A DNA stretch of 64,000 nt from Octopus sinensis (Eukaryota): NCBI RefSeq assembly GCF_006345805.1, contig NC_042998.1, forward strand, positions 90,334,001 through 90,398,000. Reading direction: 5' to 3'. A program made the translations under genes and the position numbers. Below the pieces are notes generated by a model that saw only the letters and a program-made list of their open reading frames with translations, was not told the origin of the DNA and did no database searches. How positions within the stretch are numbered: the stretch's first letter is position 1; each line of letters opens with the position of its first letter. This document shows, one piece after another, positions 35,525 to 47,710 of this stretch.

Positions 35525-35954
35525 TACCTTCACTTTATATTCTAATACGAATGTCTGACTATTTGACATACAGATGTCCCCCTAAACATAATACCCGAGT
35601 AGATTCAGTATGACAAAGTCGTAACTTTTAATTACAGTCATAAAATATCTGGTGGCCTTCCGTACAGTTTCCATTTACCTGATTCATTCATAATTGGTGA
35701 CGAACTAGCAGAATCGTAAGCACGTCGGGCGAAATGCTTAGCGACATTTCGTTCGGTTTAACGTCCAGAGTTCAAATTCACCGAGGTTGACCTTGCTTTT
35801 CATCCTTTCAGGATCGATAAAACAAGTACCAGTTGACCACTGGGATCGATGTAATAGACTTAACCCCTCCCCTGAAATTACTGAAGTTGTGCCAAGATTT
35901 GAAACCAAATATTATTAATGTTGATAATTAAGATAAATATTCCGGCTGATACCA
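35073..35954. repeat. Inverted duplication, ~377-bp arms (35073-35448 / 35576-35954), 127-bp spacer
   Basis: Arms are reverse complements apart from about 3 substitutions and one 3-bp indel. Confidence 0.93.
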
Positions 35955-38677
35955 CGTGTGTTATACCGTGTAGTTATTCCGGTCGGGCAACACAGGTTTT
36001 TCCTCTGACTTTTTTTTCTTTATTTTTTTTTTATGACGTCTTTTCTGTGACATTTTATCTCGTAACTAAGGCGGCGAGCTGGCAGAAACGTTAGCACGCC
36101 GGGCGAAATGCTTTGCGGCATTTCGTCTGCCGTTAGGTTCTGAGTTCAAATTCCGCCGAGGTTGACTTTGCCTTTCATCCTTTCGGGGTCGATAAATTAA
36201 GTACCAGTTACGCACTGGGGTAGATATACCGTTATATCGACCTTTGACTTTGCCTTTCATCCTTTCGGGGTCGATAGATTAAGTACCAGTTGCGTACTGG
36301 AGTCATCTAATCGACTGGCCCCTTCCCCCAAAATTTCGGGTCTTGTACCTAGAGTAGAAAAGATTTTATCTCGTACCTTCTTTTCAGTTACTTTTCTTCC
36401 CTGGATTCAAAGTGTCACTCCAGCGGGATCGAATCTGAGTCCCAACAATTACGAAGTGAATTTCTAAGTCATTCACCAATACTTGGCTGCATTCTAACTC
36501 TAATCCCTATCTATAAACTCATTCTACCGTTAAGTCTCTTTCTCTCTCTCTCTCTTTGGTATGAAATACTTACGTATTAGAAGGGTTCATAATAGATTGG
36601 ATGATCGTCAATATATATGACTTACCTCAAACAGTTCATCTAAATACACTAACAACATTGACTTACAGTAATCAATTCTTCTTAACCCGGAAACGTAGTT
36701 ATTTTAGTAATTTTTAGTGCATTAGCAGTTATTTCATGCATTATTCCTTTCTTCGATAGACACAAAGCCTGAAGTTTTGGCGGATGGGGTTAGCCGATTA
36801 CATCGATCCCTGTGCTCAACTGATACTTATTTTATTGACCCCGAAAGAATGAGGTGCAAAGTCGACCTCGGTGGAATTTGAAGGTAGTTTCATACATATT
36901 GGAAAGATAAAATGGGATCTAGACGAACTCTAGAGTGCTTGAATTCTAGAGCAAGAAATAGAGTATGCGGAATCCTAGTTCGGCATAACTTCACAAATGT
37001 CCCCGACTTCCTTCCATCGAATTTGTTCCACCATACCTTTCTTTAAATGCATACTTTCAAATGAAATTTTCCTGATATATGTTTTAGGCGGTATGGATTA
37101 CGATTATCTGATAAGGTGAGAGGCGATAAATTGATGTGGTGGGTATCATCCTCCAATCAACCGGATTTCGTTAAAAATTAATATTTTGCTATGAAATTTT
37201 CCAGGGATACGTTTTTGAGTTTGTAGATTACGATTATATATATTTTTTTAATTTTATAAAGATTTTTATGGAACGTGCCCTTTCGACTTTGAATTTTCAT
37301 AATTTTCCTAAAAGTGCATATTTTCTTTAGATACGTTTCCGAAGGTTTTGATTTTTTCTTTTCTTTTTTTTTTTTTTAATTGTAATCTACACCATAAAAA
37401 CGTACCTCTGGAGAATTTTATAGAAAAAAACGTCGATTTTAACGAAATTTAATGGGGAAACAATGTCGGGAGGTGGGTATTATTAGAAACTCAAAGAAAG
37501 ATGTGCTCAAATTTTATCAAGACAACTGTTCGCATCATTCGAAAATTTGTGTCTGAAAAATTTCATTAAAAAATATGCATTTTTAAGAAAGCTACGAAGA
37601 AATAAATTTGGTAGTGACACAGTTCTGTAATTATGCCCCTTGTTCTATTATTTGTATCAATTTTTCACTAAGCCATTATTGCAGCTATTGCAAATGGTGG
37701 TAAAATTCTGGTAACATCCAGACAATAGCGCTTTTATAAATTACTTTTATTCTGCGTAAAACACTATAATTCTTTTTTGAAAAGCATGGAAAACGCTTTA
37801 TAACCAAATCTACTCCATTTTACAGTTATTGAATTATTCTGACAGGGTACAGTGCATGAACTCTGAAGGATAATAAAGTTATAATAATTATTATCAAGGC
37901 AATAAACTGGCAGAACTTTTTGCACACTGGGCCAAATGCATAGCAGCATTTCGTCCATCTTTACACTCTGAGTTCAAATTCCGCTTAAGTTGACTTTGCC
38001 TTTCATTCTTTCAGGGTCGATAAAGTAAGTACCAGTTGAGCATTGGAGTCAATGTAACCGACTTACCCCCATCCCCGAACTTTCTGGCCTTGTGCCAAAT
38101 TTTGAAACCATTATTTTCCTCTTAAAAAGTACACCACCCTTCTTTCCCAATATCATTCTGTAACTGTCAGGAATATTTGATCTAAGTCATTTTTTTTTCT
38201 TTTATAATGAATTATTTTTATTATGAGTGTAAACAGAGTGGCAATGATAATAACTATATAAAATTTAAAAAAAAAACATGAACAATAACATAAAATAATA
38301 CCAGGGCTTACAACTCTAAACACAGTCCAATAACAGAATCCTATAAGGCACAAGCAACATCATTGCAAGACACTTTCAGTTAAACAGGGCAAATCACCCA
38401 ATACAGTTTCTATGCTATTCACAACAAATACTCTACACGTTCATTACTCAATACACAAAACATGCATACACATACACAAGTATACATGTGTGTATGTATT
38501 ATGTGTGTGTGTGTATGACTTTGTGCCAGAGTTCGTTCCACCACCATCAACACCACTTGGCAACCAGTGTTGGTTTGTTTATGTCCCTGTAACTTACAGA
38601 CTTAACAAAAAAGACCGATAGAATAAGTACCTGACTTTAAAAATAGTCAATTGCAGAACACACACACACACACACGC

Positions 38678-38725
<48 letters not shown>

Positions 38726-40399
38726 GGGTAGTAATGAAGATAAACACAGTTAAGCTTGATATAAATATATTTACGTAGAGCACATAAACTATGAATGAAT
38801 GTATGCATGTGTCTATCTATCTTTCATTCTATAGGCTTGTTAGAAATAGCTTATAACTTTTGCTACCAGGGCAACATAATTAGAAATGGAGGAGAGCATG
38901 CTGAAGGTATAATAGACAGAATGGGAACAGAGTAAAAAAAGTTCAAGAACTATTGCACAAGCAGGCAGCAAGAGGTTTCTCTTTTAGCGTGAAGAGTAGA
39001 TTACACATTGTTTATGTACAATGTGCAATGTTGCATGATTGTGACACATAGGCCTTGCATGTGGAAGATTTGCAATGGCAAGAAAGAAATGAAGTGGGTA
39101 TGCTCCACTGGATGTGTAATATTTGTGTACAACAGAGCACAAATGAGTTGACATCAAAGCTGGATATAAAAGAAATCAGATGTAGTGTACAAGAGAGAGA
39201 GAGCACCCTGCTAGTATGAGGATGTGATTTGTATTGAGGATATCAGCTGTATAAGGAAGTGCCAATCATTGGAAGAGGGTGGAACCTGTGAAAAGGGGAA
39301 ATCTAGAAAGATATGGAATGAATCAATGAAGACTGACTTCAAGAAATTGAACCTAATGAGATGGCAATGTACTGAGATGATTGGTGACATGTAGAGCTGA
39401 AGAAGACTCACATTCTGGTACCAGAATACCAAAATGATCATTAAAATAATGGTAGTGGCAATGTAGGATGGGATGTCTCCAGCTAATACTCTCTCTATTA
39501 TATTCACCGTACCATGTCACTGTATTAATTCCCTCAGTCATTACTCATCATAAATATCACTCTACCTCTCTCCCACCCTCACTTGTCTATCATTCTACCT
39601 CTCTTCCACTATGACATATGTGTAATGAGGAATAGTACTGGCTCAATCTATATTCAGTAGACCCTACAGTTACCATCTACCACTTAAATATCATTCCCTC
39701 TCCATGTGGCTCATAGTTAACATCATTCTTACCAATGCCTATCTTTGTTGCTAGCCATCACTCACTCTCTTACACCATGACACACTTTTTTATTTCAAGA
39801 TGCTCATGCTATTTTCTGTTCAACCTTGTACCAGTAACCAATAATCAGCACATAGCTATCATTGTCTCTCTCTCCCTCTCCTACCATCCTATCACTGTAT
39901 TTTTCCCATCACATTCAATCTCATACTCTCTCCTTTTGCTCTCTCGTGACCATTACTCCCCCAGTCATCTTCACATTGACAAAAAATGGGTGTTATTTGG
40001 AGTAGAGATGATACTTAAGTCTTCCAGGAGACAAAATAACTTTTTTAATGTTGGTGTTACATACAACAAAATTCACTTGGTACACTCTACAAAATCATCA
40101 CTAAGACTGGATTCATGTCAGAGTTTCTCTATGCTCATGAGACAAGAACTGCAAAAGAAACTAGAATCTTGGACAAATTTTAAAATCCTCACATTTAACA
40201 AGTTTCTATTGTTATTGACAGAGCTAATAATAATAATATTAATAATAATGAGCTTATTGTATACAGGGCTCAGTACATTAAAACTTGTTAGAAAAGGTTA
40301 AAAAGAGAGGACGGAAAGCAAACATAGGATTCAAGTAATGACTAGCAATATTGAAAGCTAGAAGTACTTTCCCAGTACATAGAATAAAATACAAGGTAC

Positions 40400-40750
40400 A
40401 AAAAAAGTGAACAATAACAGTTATAAAGAGGAAAGGGTACAAAGGCATATGAGGGGTATTTTGGGGGGAAAATTGTGGGAATCAAGTAATTTTTTAAGAA
40501 TGCAGTGTCCTGACAGCTAACAACTGATTCAGTTAGTTTATTCCATGCTTTGACAATCCTGAGCATGAAGAAATGTTTCTGAAAGTCATGGATATTGCAC
40601 TGTTTTTGATTTTATAAGTGTGTCCACAAGTGGCAAAGGTATTGAATTCAAAAAGGTAGCTAAAGTTGTTAGAAAGATGGTGAATAACCTTGTGGGCTTC
40701 TATGAAGCCAGCTGCTAGACACCAAAACTTTATAAATTGACAAGACATTT
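40400..40750 (-). mobile_element. CR1/L2-group LINE RT C-terminal remnant
   Basis: Minus strand CGHTYKIK.../FFMLRIVKAWNKLTESVVSC, typical of the CR1-group ORF2 end. Confidence 0.7.
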
Positions 40751-41589
40751 ATTAGATGTTTGACAATTTTAGAAATATTAAACAGTTCAAAACTTTCAGG
40801 ATTCTGAAATACCATCTGCAGAATAAACAATAGCTAATGAAAGAGATTTTGTGACAGCCTTAAAAAAATTTAAATCCTGGATGCATTGTGATAGGAAAAA
40901 GATATGATATTTATGGTTGGAAGATTTTTGATCAACAATTTGCTTAATCAGGTCTGATCTTGGACTGAGCAATAACACTGCAGTATATATGTAATATGAG
41001 TATATTTAATGGATGACAAATTATAAACCCAAAGTTGGGTAAAATATGCAGCAAGAAAGCATTAAAATAGTTGATGACTAATATCGATATTTTTCTAGCA
41101 AACATGGGAGACAACTGAGGGCATGTTTCTTCATTTTTTTTTTTTCTTTTAATTTCTTCAGGTGGTGCTATTAAGTTAGACATGGCCTGGGCCAATAATG
41201 GCCGAAACCTATCAAAGTATCAAAGTATAAAGTGTCGTTTTGCCCCAATTTGTGAAAGTGTTAATAAACAAATCACTTAGTAAATATAGAGAAATATTTT
41301 TCTCAGTTCAGAAAAAAACATAACTCTTTATGAATTAACCATTTAGAGATTTTATCAACATGATACTTCCAAAAATTTAAATAACATAAAGCATTGATAA
41401 TGAGAATAATTATGTGTGCATGCGCACCCACATGCATGTGTGTGTATGTGTACATATAAGATATATACATAGATAGCTAGACTGACAGACAGATAGATAG
41501 ATAGATATAGTTATGTATACATATTGGTATATATACTATATAAATATATATGCATATGTATATAATTATATATTCATTTTTTCTTTTAT

Positions 41590-42335
41590 TCTCTTATTTG
41601 TTTCAATCATTTGACTGCGGCCATGCTAGAGCACCGCCTTCAGTTGAACAAATCAACCCCAGGACTTATTCTATGCAAACCTAATACTTATTCTTTCGGA
41701 GTCTTTTGTCAAACCGTTAAGTTACTGGGACATAAACATACCAACATCGGTTGGCAAGTGATAGTGGGGGTACAAACACAGACACACAAACATATATATA
41801 TATATATACGACGGGATTCTTTCAGTTTCCCTCTGCCAAATCCATTCACAAGGATTTGGTCAGACCGAGGCTATAGTAGAAGACACTTGCCCAAGGTGCC
41901 ACACAGTGGGACTGAACTCAGGACCATGTGGTTGGTAAACAAGCTACTTGCCACATAGCCACATATATGTATGTATATTTACATACTCTTTTACTCTTTT
42001 ACTTGTTTCAGTCATTTGACTGCGGCCATGTTAGAGCACTGCTTTTAGTCGAGCAAATCGACCCCAGGACTTGGTCTTTGTAAGCCTAGTACTTATTCTA
42101 TCAGTATCTTTTGCCAAACCACTAAGTTACAGGGATGTAAAAACACCAGCATCGGTTGTCAAGTGATCTTGGGGGTGGGGGGCAAATACAGACATACAAA
42201 CACACACACATATATAGACATATACATACATATGACGGGCTTGTTTCAGTTTCCGTCTACAGGTGTCATGCAATAGGACTGAACCCAGAACCATGTGGTT
42301 GGTAAGCAAGCTACTTACCACACAGCCACTCCTGT
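41590..42335 (-). mobile_element. Two adjacent copies of a tRNA-derived SINE with internal microsatellites
   Basis: Each has tcatttgactgcggccatg.tagagcacc...aaatc.accccaggactt...accatgtggttggtaa.caagctactt. Confidence 0.85.
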
Positions 42336-42377
42336 GTTTGTGTGTATGTGTGTATACATATATATATATATAGACAT

Positions 42378-42409
<32 letters not shown>

Positions 42410-42413
42410 GTAA

Positions 42414-42444
<31 letters not shown>

Positions 42445-43805
42445 GAGAGAGAGAGAGAGAGATAAAGGAAGTTATCAACTACTTCTGTGTATCCCCAGTG
42501 GCATTTGATGGAGTCTATTTTCTGAACATTTGTAATGTTTATTGTACCTGTGCACCTGCCACACACAAAGACTATTTTCCCTGTTAACCCTCCTCCGATA
42601 TTGCTACACCTCTTATGTGTCCATAGCTTGCACCAGGTACATCTTAAGGGGTTTCTACCTGCACCTTAAATGCAAACATATGCACACAATGAGAGATAAA
42701 GCAAATTAAAAAGTAGATCTCAGAATTTCCACCTATGAACATTCAATTGTTCAATCAACTGGTCCACCAGGTTTATTGAATGCAAGTGGCTGAGTATTCC
42801 ACAGGCCTCTATACTGTTTCATATTTCTTTATTGCTTACAAGGGGTTAAACACAGAGGGGACAAATAAAGGGATTAAGTCGATTACATGGACCCTAGTAT
42901 GTAACTGGTACTTAATTTATCGACACCGAAAGGATGAAAGGCAAAGTCAACCTCAGCAGAATTTGAACTCAGAACGTAACAGCAGACGAAATACCGCTAA
43001 GCATTTTGTCTGGCATGATAATGTTTCTGCCAGCTCGCTGCCTTCTATACTGTTTCTGTCAACTCAATTTCATTCATTGGGTATTGATCGACCAGAAGTC
43101 ATAGAAAATTACATTTATTCAAAATACCATGCTGTGAAATTGAATACATGGTCTCATGATTGCAAAGGGAACTTCTAAACTATCGCACATACTGCATCCT
43201 CACACACAACACACATACACATACATATCTGTGTGTGTATATAAATACATATATATTATCCGAAATGTATAGTATTGACTATTCATCATGGATGATCTTA
43301 CCAGTCAGTTTTGCGTAAAGAATACAATGGAGCGTTTGGTAACAAACCAATTATATGACTTTACACTCATCAGAGTTAGCTGATATGGAAGGGAATATGG
43401 TGACTAGTCTGCAGTCCACAAGGGTTGCATGTCAGAGTATGCCCTTGTGTGATTTTACGTATACATTGAGTATATTTGATTTGAAATGTGGATGTATGCA
43501 CAACTGGAAAAACAAATCTGCATATAATTCAGTAAGTACATGAGCGTCCATACACACTCTTCATACATGGGTATACTTTTCTTAACTCTATATTGGTGTC
43601 CTTATCATTAAAATAACTCGATTTTATTATATATATATATACACACATACATTCATACATTACACACACACACACACATACCTATATGATGTGTGTATGT
43701 TTATATATAGATAGATAGATAGATAGAAAGATATATATATGTATGTATATGTATGTGTAGGTGCGTGTGCATATATATATGCACACACATACATACATAT
43801 ATATA

Positions 43806-44112
43806 GTGGAGGCACATGGCCTAGTTGTTAGAGCAGCAGACTCGCAGTCGAGGGATCATGGGTTCGAATCTTAGACCGGGTGATGTGTGTGTTTATGAGT
43901 GAAACACCTAAGCTACATGTGGCTCCAGCAGATGATAATGGCAAACTTCTGTTGCCTGCTTCACCACAACTTTCTCTCACCCTTTCCTCCTGCATCTAGC
44001 AGCTCACCCACGATGGACAGGTGTCCCATCCAGGTAGGGAACCTATACACCAATGAAACCAGGAAACTGACCCTTATGAGTCAGGCATGACTTGAGAAGG
44101 AACCAACAACAA
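43806..44112 (+). mobile_element. tRNA-derived SINE with (CAA)n tail
   Basis: Head gtggaggcacatggcctagttgttagagcagcagactcgcagtcg...gggttcgaatc is shared with the 15238-15626 SINE; the 3' part differs. Confidence 0.8.
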
Positions 44113-44569
44113 CATATATATAGCCTCACAGAGGCCAACAGGTATGGTGAGTCACTTATGTAGCCATGTGCAACAGTAGACATGAAACCAACAGTAACTT
44201 TCTGACTGCTTATATGTTATAACCAAAGATATACTATTTGACAACATACAACACTTGTCTGTCTGTTGCTCTGTCTGTGTCTAACTAACTATCTATCTAT
44301 TTGTCTAATTATCTGTATCTATATCTGTGTGTGTGTGCGTGCACTTGTGTTTGTTCATTACCAAGGTTGCTTAACAACCAGCGTTAGTTTGTTTGCATCT
44401 CAATAACCTAGCATTTTGATAAAGAGACAAATGGAATTAGAATAAGTACCAGATTTTAGAGAAAGAAGTACTGGGATCAATGTGTTTGACTAAACCCTTC
44501 AAGATAATGCCTCAGCATGGTCATAGTACACTGTCTGAAACAAATAAAAAATAGAAAAACAGATAAATG

Positions 44570-45540
44570 GGTGGGATGGTCTGACAGGAGCTGGCCAGGC
44601 AGAAGCCTGCACCAGACTTCTGTGACTGTTTTGACAAGATATTTACAGCTGGATGCCCTTGCTAACACCAACCACTCAACAGAGTGCTTTTTAAATGACA
44701 CAAGCACAAGCAAGGTTTTTATAGCTGGATGCCCTTCCAAATACTTTACAATGTGGACTGGATGCTTTTTAAGTGGCACCTGCACTGACAGGGTCACCAA
44801 GTAACTTGCAAGACAAAATTGGGGGAGGTGATCTTGTGTCAGATGATGAAAGGTTATAGTGAAACAGAGAGACAAAAACAGGTGTGCTGCCACAAAGGAG
44901 ATACATGGTTACCCAACCTGATGGATGTGCAAGAGAAGGGGAGAGAGAGTGGAAGACAGCAGGATTGTAATGGTGGCAAAGTGCTGGGCATACTCATAAA
45001 AGACAGGGATCAGAATATAAATGGGGAGGTTCGAAGGTCATAATATAAGTGATAGGATATTGCCAAAGAAGAGTGATTAGAGAGTGAGGAGGGGAAATGA
45101 GTAATGAAAACCTAGGTATATAGAGGGGGTGGCTACCAGATAACAAAAATACAGATATAGAAAACCATGGCCATGAGAACAGGATTGGGGAGTGAGAGGC
45201 AAGCATAGTGCATGAAGGAGAAAATGTGAAGAAGAGAAGAGATGTAGATTGGTTTGTTGGGGTAGTGTATATGAAAAGCTTTTTTGTTACATGTGGGTGA
45301 AACACACAGGTTGGGGGCTGATGGATAGCAATGATACAGTGAGTCAGGCCCAAGAGGACAAGATTGGTGTGTGGGAAGTAAGCATAGTGCACGAAGTGGA
45401 AATGTGAGGAAGAGAAGAGATGTAGTTAGGCTTGTTGTAGTAGAATGTGTGAGAAGTTTTCTTGTTATGTGTGGGTGCAACACACAGCACTTCTAGAACT
45501 CAGTTTCGCTGATGTGGGTGAGCCTTCTCAAGAACCTCAC
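44570..45540 (-). mobile_element. RTE-LINE 3' UTR fragment (homologous to ~58170-59090)
   Basis: Collinear blocks: ctggatgcccttcc repeats, ggaggtgatcttgtgtcagatgatgaaagg, ttctagaactcagttt.gctgatgtggg. Confidence 0.7.
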
Positions 45541-47394
45541 ACACATATATATTATATATCATCCTCATCATTATCTTCGTCATCATTTAATATCCGTCTT
45601 CTATGCTTGTATGGGTTGGATAGTTTGACCAAAGCTGGTATGCTTTAGCATGATTTTTACAGCTGGATGCCCTTCCTAATACCAACCATTTTACAGAGTG
45701 CAAAATACTTCTTTCTCATAAACGTTTTGTGTGATATTGAAGGTATGGTTGAATACTGTCGGGGAAACAATCCCAGCATTAAGTAACAAAGGAATATCTC
45801 CTGTTCTAGGTTAAAACATTTTTGTTAGGCTGCTGAACTGATTTAAAATATGATTTTATTTGGTACCTGCTAACAGCTAAGCTTATGTAGAGGTCGGGTT
45901 TTGAAGTGGACAAGCTGGTGTGGTAGTTTCAAAACCAAATCAACAAATTGCCAAGTTAAAATCACAGCTTTACAAAGCTATTTTATGTGATTGGCTGAAT
46001 AATTGACCGATCAACATTACTACTTTACGTGATACATCTTTCTAGAATTTTCTAGAACATCCCCTTTCAAGGCTTAAGTAACTTAAATATGCATGATTTG
46101 GGTATCAAATTTTCATCTGTAGACAATTGCCACCATGCAAACCACATTATTTTGCTGAATTTAACACTCATTCTAACAACTCTTTATTCAACCAAGTAGA
46201 CAGCAACTTCAGTTTTGCAGTCATGACCCCAGCATAGTATGTTCTCATGTTGTAACAGCTTATTTACAGAGCCTACTTAACTAACTATATGTACTAACTA
46301 CAGTGTGTAACTTATTATATTTTTAATTCACGACCAACACGGAGAACATTTTGTACAACAAATAAAATTCTGTTAACTGTTCGAGTGTTGTGCATTCATT
46401 ATATGCAGCCAGACCTCAACTCAACCACCAGCTTCTCACATCTTTCATTATATGACATTGTGACATTGGTAACCACACCTGGTGACATTGGCATGGGCCT
46501 ACAATTTTGAAGGAACTTTCTACTACCAGTTAGAAACAAAGCAATACCCTGTGGCAAAGAATTACCTTTCTAACAAATTGTTCACTGTTGATTGTTAAAT
46601 ACATCCTGTACATTATATGTTTAAGAATATAACAGCTCCTAATACATGAATTGTAATTAGGATTGATTACTAAAAATATGTGATATGTAGTTTGAAATGG
46701 AGTCTACATTTCACAACTGGTTTGGATCTGTAACAAGTATTCATTAGCCTGCTTACAGTTAGTGGTTTACACTGCTGGGAAGTGCCTTTGACATAAAATA
46801 ATGAAGCGCTGGGGTCTAATGACAAAAATTAATTGCTGACAATTTTTGAATCTTGACATAAAAGCAAGTAACTAAATTCAAAATATTAATTCTTTTTTTT
46901 AATCTTACAAAAATAAAAAGTAGTTTCCAATGATCTCTGTTAGGGATATTAGGAACGTTTATAAATAATAAAAAAAAGAATTTTTTCTCTCACTTCACTA
47001 ATATTCTAATTAAATGTCTTTATTCTAATCTCCCTAGTTTTAACATTTTTAAAAGAATAAGTTCCATCAAGATCCCTACGCCTCACCATTTCATTCGAAT
47101 CACCATTCATATCACTGATGTATTTAGTTATATTATGAAGTCTAGCAAAGCTGACATAGATATCACTTTAGTAATTTTTATTTTTTATACTACTTATATT
47201 CGTCGAAAGTATTATAATTTAAACAGTTACTCTTATATTTGAAAAATACACGAGATTAGATTTATCAAGAAAATATTAGTGAAGTGAATATTACGATTTA
47301 TCTTTCCTTAGATATACGTGTTCTAGTGTTTGAAGGTAGATTGTAGTCAAGAGCTGTAAATAGTAGCAGACAGGAAAGTAAAGCCACATGATTG

Positions 47395-47402
47395 TGACGT
47401 CA
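47395..47402. promoter_or_regulatory. Perfect CRE palindrome TGACGTCA upstream of the kinesin gene
   Basis: About 310 bp 5' of the ATG, in a locally CpG-richer patch; function not shown. Confidence 0.4.
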
Positions 47403-47710
47403 GGACGCGCCAGCTTATCTGACATTTAGTGACACTGCATAATAGCAGAGGAAGGGCTACTTACGCCGTACAAAAGATGGTATCCGAGCAGTCATTTTAT
47501 ACGGTACCGCCGATATTTCTAAATTTTACACTGACTGCACTTCAGTTGGAGTACCAGAAGCATCAGCAGCTTGTACTGCTTCGTTTTTAATCTGCTCAAT
47601 TCATCGTGTTGATTTTTATCAACACCTACATATTTTACTGTGAAACATAAATAGCGACCGTCTTTCGTTACTTACAGGTTTATTTAGTATTGAAAGAAAC
47701 AACAAAGAAA

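Noticed and set aside
47480-47677. U12-type intron (GTATCC donor)
   Set aside because: Lacks the following TT of GTATCCTT and has no convincing TCCTTAAC branch point
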